Below, piece after piece: positions 33,901-47,263 of a DNA stretch of 64,000 nucleotides; position 1 is the stretch's first letter, and each line of letters starts with the position of its first letter. Source of the stretch: Ascidiella aspersa (taxonomy: Eukaryota); the NCBI GenBank assembly GCA_963924565.1, contig OZ004612.1, positions 28,706,001 to 28,770,000 on the forward strand, given 5' to 3'. The notes under the pieces are model-generated. The model did no database searches. It was given only the letters and a program-made list of their open reading frames with translations, and was not told the DNA's origin. A program made the position numbers and the translations under genes.

Positions 33901-36900
33901 TCGGTGCCAGGTGGACCTCAAGTGCTTACACACTTTTTTCTATCAAAACGATACAGATGTTCATGTTTTTGTATCCAGTCGGTGGTATCTCAATAAATGT
34001 TCTTGAAAACCCCAGCCTACGTTGATTTAAAGTAAATTGCCTTAGTTCAATTCTTTAATATAACAATCTGATACGAGCCTTGACGGCCATTTCGAGTAAG
34101 ACATTTTACTTGAAAAAAAAATCCAAAAGCTACATGTAAGTGTTTTTCAAAACGCGTCATATCTTGATCCTAAAATGAATAAAGAGTTATGGAAAACTTT
34201 CAAAGTTCTACCTACTTCTGTATGGGCTTTGATATTTATTTTAGGTCCAAATACAATATTCTGCTATTATCTTAAGAATTATTCAAAACATTCACAAAAT
34301 GCAGTACTTCTGTATGGGCCGTGATATTTATTCTACGTCAAAATACAACAATCAGCCAATCTGCTTCAAATATCATTTTTTCTCCTTTACAAGAATGATT
34401 TTTTTTTTTTCAGTTTAAACCGGTTACATTTGATAACGGAATTTATCATAAAAATTCTCAAATTTATTCCAGATACCTGAAACGATCGCAAAATAGTAAC
34501 CAGAACACCACAGAGGCACCAATCGAAACTACAGGAAATCGGTCCAATCAAGAAAACAGCGCACCTAAGGTTTCAACTGCAAAGAAACGTGCTTTAACTC
34601 CACTAAGGTTTGTGTTAAATTAGTTTGAATAGTGTTTGTCTTTTCCACTTGACTTGTGCGAAAGTTGCATTGCTGTATATGTTGGTTGTAGGTTAGGTAT
34701 ATTTTTGAAAGTTTTAGCCGGACAATGTGCGTTTTAATTGATTAGGAGTTTGTGTGTTTGCATTTACTATAGTTAAAATGAAGGTGAAGTATAGTTTGTT
34801 CGGTAAATTCTTGCCACTTTGGCGTTAACGTGTTATAGTAAAACCTAACCTGACTTTATACACACCGTTTATTGTTTCTAACCTATTTCAATAAAATTAG
34901 TTAGGACGATTATAAATGTTTTCAAGCAGCGTCAGGCAACTCTTCTGTAAATTTAGACGACAACATGTATTTTGGTATTTGTGAAATTGCGGAGGCAACA
35001 TTTTGAACAAGTTTCTTCTGGTAAACTAAAACTTAAAAGAAATGTTTCGGTAATTCATTTAATTAAAAAAATCAATCCTACTAGAATTGTGCTACCCCTT
35101 GAAAATATTTTGTACGTTCACCAGACAAATATTTAGATATTTCCGGGTGTTTGTTTTTCCTCTAATCCTTTGTGCTTCAGATCATTAAAGTGGAACCAAA
35201 ACAAGAAGAACCGTAGTGACGTCACAAAAGCAACAATCGAACACAGCGGTAATCCCCTAAGTGCAGACAACAAAGGAAAAGTTGTAACCGGAAAGTCCGC
35301 TATAAAACCGCTGAGGTGCGTGTTACAGTTCTTGACGTGATTTATAGTCACCTCAATTAAATTAGCCCAGAGCTCCCCAAACGGTGGTTCGTAACCATAT
35401 ACAAGGGCAGGCTGGCAGAATCTTGCCAGGCTTCTGGTGACAAGCAATTTTGGTCTAAATTATCCTAAACTTGAATGATGTGTTCGCCTAACCCTAGAAG
35501 GAATGTATCAACTTTGGCAGGTTTTGGCGATAAACAAGGCTATTAACAAGTAAACAGGATAACAAAACGTTGCGCCAAATGCGCAAAATTTTTTGTGACA
35601 TCAAGTAATTGACAAATACATTTAAAGGGACATGCGAAGGTACAACCTGGGGCCTGGAACTGCACATGTCTGCTTTTCTTACTCCAACACTGTTACATTG
35701 AAAAGCTGTTTTTTCATGCGGAAACGTGCAGCTTAAAACCAAATTAAAAAGCGCGAAAAACGTATTCTTCGGAGAAATCTTCCATTTATATTCCTCTAAA
35801 TAATGATATTTAAAATACAAATTGTCACAGTCACAGTGCAACATGACACATAGTATGCATAATATATTACCTTTGGGATAGATAGATTTGTTTAAAACAA
35901 AGACATTAAACCTAGCAAAACAAGGTTAAAGGTCGCGCAAAGCGCGTAAAATTTTTGCGATAATTAAAACAAGCAAAAATATACTTCAGGCCTTAGGTGG
36001 AGAAGCATATCCTTGTACATCCTTAATATGCCGATGCGAATGTTACACCTGTTTAGCAGGAAATGGAGAATATTTCATATAATGGAGAATTCAACTCAAT
36101 ATAGAAATACTTGCCAATCAAAGCAAAATTGCAAAAACACAACGTGCTTCTACAGCAACTTTTTTTTAAATGGCACAACAAAATTAATTTCTGCCAATTG
36201 TGTGTAGGGGGTTGCAAGTTTTAGTGGACGCGAGTAGATCCACGTTAACTTTTTTAAGTGATGAGACCTCTTATCATTTTCGATATAGAAATATCAAACT
36301 TATACAGAACACAATTCACAACTGAGTCGCACAATACATCAACAATTGCGAAAAGCTTTTAAATAATAAAAGAGGTAGCATACTAGCAAAATTAGAAAGC
36401 CCTGAATTAAACAAGCCCTTCATTAAGTCAACATTTTCTTCGCTAACACAACTCGCCACATATGATTGCCACAGTGAAGTAAACACTTTAGTTTTCTAAA
36501 AGTTACTTCATCATTTCTGCTTTTTTTCTCCCGTATTTATTTTTTGGAGAAAGGTCGCTATTTGTGAGGAAGAATTAAATATAAAAATAAACTTTTATTT
36601 ATTTTCTGGGGATGTACTGCAAGCTATAAAAAAGTGAGAACCACTGGTAATAACTTTCCCAAAATACTATTAAGGGTGCCGCAAACCATTTATTTGTTTC
36701 TGTATAGTGTACCGCAAGCGAAAAAGGTTAGGAACCACTGTTTTAAACACCTGAATCACCCTATTCTTTTATTTTTCACCGCCAGGACAAATAAGGTGGA
36801 ATACGTGAACAGCGGTTTCCTTAAAAAGACCTTCGGAATCCACGGAAAGCCACAAAACCGAAACGAAAACACCAGTCAAAGTAACGCGAAAACCGGGAAG

Positions 36901-37101
36901 AAAATCGCCTTGAAACCGGGAGGAAATGTGCCAGGGATGTCTATATACGATGACCCAGACGCGAATCACGGCTATGTGCAAATGGCATCTCGTCCAGGTC
37001 CCAGTTCTAAGCCTCTACAGGTCGATGAAGCTGGCTACTTAGTTGTCAACGGGTCGCCAGCCAAGCCAGAATATATCAGCTTTGCGCAAATCAAGCAGTA
37101 A
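30955..37101 (+). CDS. Receptor R1: signal peptide, CUB-like Cys domain, Thr-rich stalk, TM, long tyrosine-motif tail (463 aa)
   Basis: Exons 30955-30991, 31998-32213, 32959-33399, 33752-33863, 34473-34607, 35181-35315, 36786-37101 total 1392 nt in frame. Signal MAKALWIGLLMTGGFLLVRG; TM LAVFLLAASLAFAVCFGLCSCTFVFLF; tail motifs EYVN, IYDDP, GYVQM, GYLVV, EYISF. Confidence 0.85.
31281..31471 (-). mobile_element. tRNA-derived repeat, partial, in R1 intron 1
   Basis: TAGCCTGCAGTGAGGTTCCAACTCACGA, with left terminus TATGTGTTCAAAAACTGTGATTTAGCCCTTCGGAAGCTGCTTT. Confidence 0.65.
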
Positions 37102-39180
37102 TGAATCAGACACTGTGATTGCGAACCGTTTTACGCCGTTGTTTCCAGTATCTTTTTTATGTATATCCCATTGTCGAACTATTTCTGGACTCCAGCCATA
37201 AGACCGAAAGAGAACAACATCAAGGTCAAAATAAAACACACAATAAGATCAAAATTGCCCTAATACCTAATAGTCGTAGGCCTAATAACGTCTAAATTGG
37301 AGTAAGACCTAAACAAGTCGAAATAAGACCTAAATGTTTAAAATAAGGCTTATACAACGTTTAACTATTCCAAAACCCATCCCTACTCTTTCACTAATTT
37401 CTTAAATAAGAATAAGGCCGATGCGTCAATGCCAGACCGATGGACCCAATCGTCCCTCCTATACCTACAGTTTTAAGCGTCATTCCAATACATTTAGAAC
37501 TAACTCCGACAGATTTGGTTCTTATTCGAACGATTTTACATGTTGTTCTGTCGTGTTTCTTACTCTGCGTTGGGCTTCATTATGTCATTGGTCTTAATAC
37601 TATCGTACCGTAGATTATTGTATCGCTATCGACATAATCGACAAACATTCCTTTCGATACATAACGACGTTCAACATATTTTCTCTTTTCTCTGATCACC
37701 GTTATTTTCACGCTTGTGATCACTTTTATTTTTGTTGCCGTTTAGACGGATATCATGAATTGCTTACATTAAAAATCATGAAAATATCATGAATTTCACA
37801 AAATTAAGTTTGCACAAGATTACTCAAATGTTTAAAAAGCTTTTTTACTTTTACAAAATTTTCTCGTTGTACACAAGAGAACTCTTTTCTCCATGTGTTG
37901 TGTTATTTTCTAAATTTTAATAGTTTTAAGCACCTGGAAAACTATCTTGCGCCCTTATGTGATAGATTCATTCCAGGTTTGTTTTTGCTTGTATTGGCAT
38001 TTGCTGTTAGTCGTGTTGAAACCATTAAACACTTGTTTAGCTGTTTATCCAAGACGGATATCAATCCCCATAATTAAACACAACATTAAACATTATTTAG
38101 TTGATGCAGTGCAGGATGAATACAGTTGGTTCCTATAGGATTAATTACAGACAGGCGCTGAAAGGAACCGTTTGACAAACATGATTGTGAAGTATCACCA
38201 AAGCACAATATAAAACATTACAAGATAGAATATTGCTTGACAAAAAAAATCTCAGGTTATATATGTTTATTTTTTCGAAAGAATCTTTACATATGTTTAT
38301 TTTTCCGAAAGAATCTTTACATTGTGTGCTTTACGAAACCATGCACTTAACATTAGGTATAACAGTCAACCAACCGTATCAAGATGCTGTTGTTTATTGT
38401 GTTCAGTTGAAACTGTTTGCTTGAAAATGGTCGCCTGTTAAGTTATTTACATTGATAATACGCCGAATTGCCTGTTGCTATGACGTACTTTGCGCGTGGA
38501 AACGCCCACGTTAAGCCGTGAATAACCCAGCAATCAGCGTGTTAGTACAATGAACGTAGTGCTTACAAAGGAAGTGATTCACCAAACTCATATAGACTCG
38601 GTCTTAGTAAATAAATTGCAACATGGAAGTATGGTTATAGAGAATAGATAGAAGGCCTGGAACTAGTTTAGCTATTATATATATATACAAAGTTGGCCAA
38701 AAGCAGGCTTACAGTTATAAAAAGGTGGGTTTGGGTCTAAAATAAATGTATTGTTTTGGGGTTCTTCTCATTCACCTTGTTATTTACAATACCCCCCTAA
38801 AAGAAATCCATTGGTGTCAGGTCAGGTGAGCGTGGTGGTCATTCAATGCTACCCCTTCTTTCAAGCCAAGGCTGTGGAATAACTGTAAGCCTACTTTTAG
38901 CCCACCCTGTATTTATATATATGCATCTTTGTTGATGTTATACACTTACATGCGTCGTACAAGTTAAGTAAAAATAATCCCTTGCTTTAACTTCTAGGCT
39001 GTTAAATTGCCATTTGTTTAACGTATACGTGATTGGAAAATTAGGTTTCATGTATTCCCCTTCTTGTTTAGCTCTTGTAATTGGGTGCTTGCATGGAACA
39101 TTTGCATTAACCACATCAAACAGCTTTTTGTCGTATTATGATAAATTAAAGTAGCGAATAACACCTTAAAAAAATTAAAG

Positions 39181-39579
39181 CAGTGATTTTCAACCTTTTT
39201 TAGTGCCAGAGCCGCATTTCGAACCTAAGGTTTGCAAGGAGCCGCATAAAAAACAACAGTAGGCATATAATTAAAAAACATTATGAAATAAACAAGAAAA
39301 CAACAAAAATATATTACGCCAGCCTAGGCTAACAAATTAACACTGTTAAAATAGCTATATATTATTGCCATAGCTTGTCGAGCAGGAAGTAACCCGGTAA
39401 CATTATTACGTCGTACCCGGGAGTAACATCAGTACTTCTCGTCATCCTTGATGATGCAATTTATTAATTCTTGATTTATCTTACTGCCTTTGTTGCAATT
39501 CTGCTACTACTAACTAATTTTTCATCCGTTAGTGAGGGCCGCAAAATTTACAGTTAAGAGCCGCGGTTGAGAATCACTG
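39181..39579. mobile_element. hAT-like MITE ending 44 bp upstream of the R2 ATG
   Basis: TIR CAGTGATTTTCAACC / GGTTGAGAATCACTG with internal GAGCCGC motifs. The TSD is not conserved. Confidence 0.7.
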
Positions 39580-39622
39580 TTCTAGAGACTGGGGGTTACT
39601 TAAACGCAGTTTACAACTCACA

Positions 39623-42600
39623 ATGTTTTTCCAGCTATTTGCAAGGACGTTGTGGATACTAATTTGTGGTGAGTACATTTAATATGAAGAGGCAGAGATA
39701 ACATGGCATGAATCTAGTCAAACCTAGTTACATAGAAAGCGGCGTAAACACATGCGTGGTCTCCAGTTTTCTGTTTTTAATGCAGAACTTCCAGTGTCGG
39801 CATCTCTGTCGTGGTCCAGAATTTCTTTGTATTTGCTTATATCAATCATGATACAATGCATTCTGATGATGGCAAACTATTAGTTTATTAAAAGCTGTAA
39901 TTGTTTCTGTGTACATTCGTTGCGGTAAAATACTGAGTTAAACGAAGCTAACAATGAGCGTGTTTTATTGTAATGTTGTAGTAATCAACGCCTTATGGTC
40001 GACCACTATAGTTTAAGAACAAAAATAAAACTTTTCTTTATGACCTAGTTTAGCGTCATCGGTACAGTGGCAAACTGTGAGTTATTATTGGCAATATTTT
40101 ACCATGATTTTTCCTGTTAGGCATGACATCAATGGAAGTTCTTGCTGGGTGTCCGACAGCAACCAAGAACAGAACATTTGGATTCGTATTGTATTATTTT
40201 GGAGGTACTTCTTCGACTAACCAGGAGACATGTGACTGGGAATTCAAAACCACAAGAAGCGACGTCGTATTTTCCATGCAACTTAGTTACTACTACGGGG
40301 ATGCTGTTGTCCATACATTTGCAGCACCAGACGGTTAGTTTGCTATATGCAAAACGGAACGTAAACGAATTATGGCCGGTTCGCCGGATCCCCCCCAAAA
40401 CACGTTATTTTTTCACCGGTGTATGTCGAAAAAATGAAACGTATCAGAAAATTCAAACTGATGTTGTAGTTAGTTGCGTGTTATTTTTCTTCGTAGAGCC
40501 ATATAGTCGACGTTTGTAGAGCCATACGATTGTTTAGCTCCCCGCAAATGCTTTATCGCACGGGCAAATGTATTCAACGAAAGAGCCATTTGCAGAAAAT
40601 ACAAGCACCAGAGAGAGCTTCGAAATTATTTCAATAAAAAACGGTAAATAATGTTAGTCACAATAATATTCACGGTAATAACAAAATAACACGCATAATA
40701 TTTATTAATTTCAGTCTTTTGTTAACTAACTCTTCGGATTCTATGTCTAGTGTTACGTCATAAACGAAATGGTGGCCTAAATAAAGAAAATAAAAAGAGA
40801 GAAACGTTCATAAACGATACACTTGGTGGCCGTAACAGTTTTTTTTTTTAATTCTACGATTCGAATGGAAGAGCCACAAAAAACATGCCCGGCGAGCCGC
40901 ACTTTGCCCACCCCTGGTTTATCACCTTCTGCCGAATGTATACATTTATAACGTGAGATTTCAGTTGCATATTTGGCATGGAGCAATAGCCTCAGATTTT
41001 CGAAACTTTTTTTTTGGCCGTCCCAATTTTACGACGTACCTCTGTGACGTGTCTTAAGAAAATTTAATGCGTTAAATGTTTCCATTTTCCGGTAAGAAAA
41101 TTATGGTAGTTGTTTTCACATATCACACAAACTTAAAATAACGCTTATTGACTTACTTTACAGGCAAGCAAATATTTTCCAAACGGTATGCGGGTTGGAG
41201 TGAAGGTTGGTGCGGAAGTTACGTCAAAAGGAACTCAGGAAACGAGACGACTTGTAAAGCTATAAAGTATCCAACTATGTGCAAAAATATAAGCACAGTG
41301 AGCTTGACTTGGCCGCCACAAATTAGGACAATGGTTACAGCGGATTACACCAACAGCTACAAGAGGATTAAAATAGTTTATGCATTTCTGGAATGTCCTA
41401 CACGTAACACCAACAGCATTACAACAGCTAAGTCGCCAACTGGTTTTGACACTCAAGGTAAATGTATTAATTAACTAATTTTTTTTTCTTTCTAAATCTA
41501 GAAACATTTGCATGTTTTTTTAACTGCTTTCTACCTTTAGACACAACAACTGTCGAAACCAACATGAAGCACAGCAGCATAAACCCGACAGACATAGGTG
41601 AGCTAACCTCGGGTGGGTAACAAAAACTGCATTTACGATAAGGCACCACTTGGTTTACACATGCTAAAATGGTTTCTATCCATTAATCACAAGCTGAATT
41701 TTTTTTTTACTAGTACGAAGGTCGAAAGTGGATCATAAGTAACTGTTGGTATGTACGTCGTTATATGGTACGGAACGCCTAGATTACAATTATACCATAG
41801 CGGGCGGAAAGTTTCACTCTCGAGAGTGCTACCAAAAATTCTTTTGGACGAAAAGTATCGCGATCCCACCGATATGACGAAATTAATATGCTCAAACAAG
41901 CAATATAGATTAAATTAAATTGTCCAAAGTATGCTTTTTCTGGTTATTAGGGTAAAATTTTCTTTAATTTTAGTTTTTTTCTTTTAGTTTAGTTAGTTAC
42001 CTACAGTTGTTAACGGATTATCATTATTTGATGAATTTGTGTTACAAGATAAAAATCGCTTGTTGGATCGCAAGTCATGGATGAAATATCCATACTTAAT
42101 TGGTATCGCATCGGCACCAATGCCACCCTAGTACCCGACGAGTACAAATACCACCATTTGGTATCGGGTATCGGCTCCGATCCAATATTATCGGACATCC
42201 CTAATAGTGCTGCTTACTTTCACACCAAATGCGACTAATTCCAAGAAAGGCGCGCCTTTCTATATCCAGACTTTTACGTGAAACTTGGAAGGCGGGGTAA
42301 CCTGTGTAAGTAATCCCGATCAAATATATACAAAAAGTCGGTAGAAATCTGTATTTATTTTTTAGACACCCCATCTACTACGAACAGCCGAAGTAACAAG
42401 GATTCGTCAGCTATAATAATCGGTACAACGCTTGGAGTTTTGATCATTTTTACTCTTGGTTTTATAGCTGTGGGAGCAGTAAAATACAAGTAGGTATAAG
42501 AGCAAAATATAAACATAGGCAAAATCAAAACATATCCTCTTATCCTCGGTCTTATAGCCATATATTTTAACAGAGTTTTGATAACGTTTGACTTACCGCG

Positions 42601-43946
42601 AAAGAAAAACTTTAGTATGTAAAAATAGGCACATGATTACTAAGGTAAAGAACTCTATAGGCCAGACACGGGTAAACTAATACGGCTCGCGACCCGCATG
42701 TGACATGTATTTTTTGGCTCATTTGGGTAAAGAGTAAAACAAAAATAAAATAAGAGAGGTGCACTAATATATATATATATATATATAAATATATTTAAAG
42801 TATGTTTCTTTTATTAATATATTTTATTGTGACACATATAGAGTATTTTCCCATGGAACCCTGTGATGTAACATTATATATAGTGTTGTTGCTTCAAAGA
42901 ACCAATTCACAACGATATTCGGTTGATGCAATGACTTTTAAGGAAGTCTTTTTTTAAATCCTTAATATTCATTCGTTGTTACTATTTTAAAATTCTACCA
43001 TAGCCTTCACAGCCCACTAAACGTGATTGAACAATTAATAACTTAAATTCACTTCAAGCGGCTGATTAATCTCATAAATTTTAGAATGCGGATTGCGTGC
43101 TAAGAAACAATTACATAAAATATTTCTGACATAGGCTTTTAAGCAATTAGGCTATAGTAGAAGAGACCGTTTCTCTCTCTTAAAACATTTTTAAAATGAC
43201 TGCCAAAACCAACGTCTCACAGTTGGTAGAATTCAACAAACTAAACCAGTGTTTCGTAACCTTTTTCAATTTAGGGCTCAACCAAAGACATTTTAAAAAG
43301 TTGCCGCGCAGAACGAAGCGAGCTCGAATTTTGTTTGAGTACACCAGTATTTCCTTAAATTGCTTGCATATTTTTTCATTACATAGGTTTGATAGTTACA
43401 TGTCTTAAGAGTACTGCGGAATCAATGAACTAAGCCGAATAGAAATGAATATATGTTTAATATATCAAAATTGTTTTTCGTTTGCCCGCGGTGCACATGA
43501 CAACATTCCATGGCGCACCGGTAATTAAGCGCTGAACTGAACTATGAGATAGCAATGTGTGTACAACGAAAGCTATCGCAGACTCACCTAATCTCTCGAG
43601 CAATGATGCGCAAATGATACATAAGCCAAAATCGTTGGGCAAAAAGAAGCTTCAGAAAGGCTAGATCACAATTGTTAACACACATATGTGTGTGCATCTT
43701 TCATTAATTGCAATGTGTGTCTCGATTAGAAATCTCCAAAAAGAGTTGTTATCGGCCCAAAGGAGACTAACAAACGACCCAGCTGGACAGCCAAGTCCGG
43801 GTGATATGCGTACAACACCATCTACTACAGGAGCACAAAGCATGGAAGCTGAGCCAAGACGAGGAATGGTCGACAACGTACTTTATGGGTCTGCAAGTGC
43901 TTCAGGCGAACAACGGACCGTGTATAACGAACTGTACAAACTATGA
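39623..43946 (+). CDS. Receptor R2: same ectodomain family; tail with DNVLY and TVYNELY (316 aa)
   Basis: Exons 39623-39668, 40121-40333, 41164-41457, 41541-41597, 42366-42489, 43730-43946 total 951 nt in frame. Signal MFFQLFARTLWILICGMTSMEVLAG; TM IIIGTTLGVLIIFTLGFIAVGAV followed by KYK. The first exon and the small stalk exon are the least certain parts. Confidence 0.85.
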
Positions 43947-46014
43947 AATGTGACACTAACAGCTAGATATGAATTTTTTTACATTATCTTGATTAAGACG
44001 TTTCGAAAGAAACACACATTAACTAAAGATGAAACAAGGTCGTATCGAAACGTCATATTCAAGATAATGTCGATCTACTCGACCTTTTGGCTTTAAAATT
44101 CATTATCAAGCTACAACACAGATCCGTGCATAGTGTAGCTGACATCAAAAGCTTTTTTGATTTTGTTAATTTCGTTTTTAATTTTAAGAATCTGTTGTTT
44201 TTCTTGATCTTGTAAGTGAACTGTTTCAAATTTTTACTTTTTCAGTTTTTGTAGCTTAGTTTTATGTTCTTATTATCTTGTTGTTTTTCTTGGTTTTACT
44301 TGGTTAATTATTTCTTTGTCAACTATACGTTATCAGTGTTATTACAGTCTGTATAAGAGATAGAACAAATGGCAAAATGTGTTATTACCGACACGATAAA
44401 TGTTTCGTATATGTGTCAAGGCTGTCAATGTGTGACCACAAGGTTGCCCGCTGTTAAATATAAAATTTGTTTCATTATTTGTATTTTTTTAATATGTTCG
44501 ATAGAAAAGAGGTGACTGGAAAATTATGTTACATATTGCTTGATACATGCAATTTTAAACTAAATGTTGAGCACGACAATTACAGCGTTACTTCAGGCCA
44601 AATTACACCATTCTACATTGTTAGTTCGTTTGGGCCAAAAAAAGTAAAGTCGTGTTACGTGCTTAATTAGCACTACAAAATTATCACCGGTTGCTAATTA
44701 CGCCGACTGTAAATTCTAACATTCATTATTAATTTAGCGCCTTTGTTTTTAAATGTAGGGCTAGGAATTAGGTTTTCACATTTCGAGACATGTATAATTG
44801 TATATTAATGTAATATTCTTGTGCGCTGTGGTGTTCGCCGTTAATTGGACTTTAGACATGTTTTTTCCTGTCTCCAAACATTTCTGCAAATTTCACGATC
44901 ATTTATCGCTTGTTTTCCGGCGCGGTTTAACTTCTCACTAAAAGGTCCGCCCAATGTTATCTTTCCACGAAACGGCCGCCCTGTAAGGCGGGCCTGGGGT
45001 TTCCGGGAGCGCGTCGGTTCCCGTGGAAAGGAGTTTTGTTTTAGCGTATATTACGAGCGGCTGACCGCCTACAGCTCGATAGACGTCTGGGTGTAGCCTT
45101 GTGAAATTAGCGAGTAAAACTTTAAGTTTCATTATGCTCTGTCTGTCGCTTTTGTAAGTAATTGTGTGTGTCCAAGTGTCATTATTGTTTGTGGTGTGGT
45201 AATATTCTACTCTTGCAACCAATACATCTGTACATTGGGTTTTCTTGTTGTGGTCTTTAATATAAGTTCTCTTTGGTAGGTTATTTATTGCCCGAAAATA
45301 AGGACTCACAGCGACTTTACAGGAGGCCTAGGTAATTTTCTAGAATTACTAGTAAAGTCGTAACAGTCGTGTATTACCAAAAATGACAGAACACAAATCT
45401 CTTGTAAACCAGGAACTGAAACAATTAGCATGTTTTAAGATTTCATAACAGGATCTTAGTCAGACCGCGTACCATTGAGCTATACGCGGAACTGCCGAAT
45501 ACACAAGTTTAAAATAAACGCAAGTTATTTTAAACATGAATAGCCTGTCACTCCATTTCTTGCTCACTCCCACGAAGCGCGAAAAAAATTCCCTTTATTC
45601 GGTTAAATAGACAACATTTTAATTTAGTACAAGACGCGACGCATTGATTGGAAAAATGCACATTTTTCATTTTTTCAGCGTTTATCTTGTTTCAAAAGTG
45701 TTACTAATAAAACAATGGCCTTAAGGCCTGAGTCGGAACCAGCAATAATCCATAACTAAACCAAACGAAATCGAGATATTTTAAAAACTAAGTGCAACAT
45801 GAACGTAAGGGCCACATAACACTGGGTAAAGAGCCGCATGTGGCTCGCGAGCAGTAGTCAACGTCAAATCAAAGCCCTCAAAATGTTTTGAGGTCACGAC
45901 AAACGACTAAAATAACCCGTGGTCGTTTTTCGGTTTCACATTATTCGGCTAAATGACAAAATCACATGTGGTGGTATATGCTTTCCCTATAACTTCCTAC
46001 ATTAGGGTCTAAAG

Positions 46015-46449
46015 CAGGGGTTCCCAAACTTTTTTGGTCTGTGGCCCAAATGTCTATTTAAAAGCGATTCGTGGCCCACCACGTGGTACTTCTATGAAAT
46101 ACAAGCCCAAAAAACACAATAAAAAACAAGCCAAAAAAACAAGCAAACCGCAATTAAAATAAAAAAAAAACGCAAACTCAGAAAAAAACAAGCTCAAATT
46201 CCCTTGAAAACCGCAAGGTTGGCAATTGCTGCTCACCCACTTTGAACTGCCATCTCCAACACAGCAGCTAAAACCCATTTTTAGGAGACAATGACCTTTT
46301 TTGCTATATAATGATTGCTTTTCAAAACAAAGCGCATACTATCTACTGTATAAATATACAGTATAAATCTGTTCAAATGGCTCTGTGGCCCATTGAAAAT
46401 GTCTTGGTGGCCTAGTACTGGGCCATGGCCCACAGTTTGGGAACCACTG
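46015..46449. mobile_element. hAT-type MITE
   Basis: TIR CAGGGGTTCCCAAACT / AGTTTGGGAACCACTG with a perfect 8-bp TSD GTCTAAAG. A decayed homolog lies at about 9500-9815. Confidence 0.88.
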
Positions 46450-46793
46450 GTCTAAAGCGAGTTGTGTAGGACTTGTGCTGTTCAAAAAACCCACATAAAG
46501 AAGCGAGACAGTTTTTGAATACGTGTGTTTATATAGTACACTTCTTGATTACAATTAAATCTTTATCGCATTGCTCGTCGCCGCACACTGCCATTAACTA
46601 TTTTTTCCCCTCATTGTTATTACCTTATATCGCACTATTATTGGCAATTCGTTGCTATGGCGGAAAAAGAATTCAAGCAAATTTGTTTTACGCTAAACAT
46701 ACAGAACATTTTTTTATACGAAATAAATTGTAAAAAAGATTCATGTAAAATCAAACAAAAGGTAAAGGTTGTGTGTAGTCAAACACATTATAG

Positions 46794-47263
46794 CAGTGAT
46801 TCTCAACATTTTTTTTCACTGCGTACCACCTCGAGCTTCCATGATCTTGTTGCGTACCAACAAAATGCCGAAAAACTGAACTTTACTCAAAATGTATATA
46901 GGATTATTAACAGGGGTGGATTAACTTAGTTCGGCCGGAAATTTCAAAACAAATGCGGCCCACTACTCTCAAAAAAGTTTCCCTGTTTTAACTTGCAAGA
47001 TACTGGTAGTCAAGTTTTGTGATTCTTTGTTGTTTTGCTATGATGTCATAAAATAAATTTGCATAGATGTTCCGGAAAGATAATAGTTCCTATCGTTAAA
47101 GAGGCATAAAATATTTAACTATACAATCATTACAATGAATTTTAGTTTATTACAATAAAAAAAATGCTTAATCTTTTGGTACAACTGTAATTTTACTTAA
47201 AAACATACTGCGTACTGCGTACCACCCAAAATGACTTCGCGTACCACAGGTTGAGAACCACTG
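46794..47263. mobile_element. hAT-type MITE
   Basis: TIR CAGTGATTCTCAAC / GTTGAGAACCACTG, TSD CATTATAG/CGTTATAG (7/8 match), subterminal GCGTACCA motifs. Confidence 0.8.

Noticed and set aside
39050-39153. Alternative R2 leader MYSPSCLALVIG...
   Set aside because: There is no phase-1 GT donor after the hydrophobic stretch to join exon 40121. Exon 39623-39668 has a GTGAGT donor, the right phase and similarity to the R1 leader.
44078-44093. U2 snRNA-like CTCGACCTTTTGGCT
   Set aside because: Only about 15 nt with a mismatch, and no further U2 similarity.
44938-45309. 123-aa minus-strand ORF
   Set aside because: No recognisable motif or splice context, and an alternative start codon. It probably reflects local GC richness.
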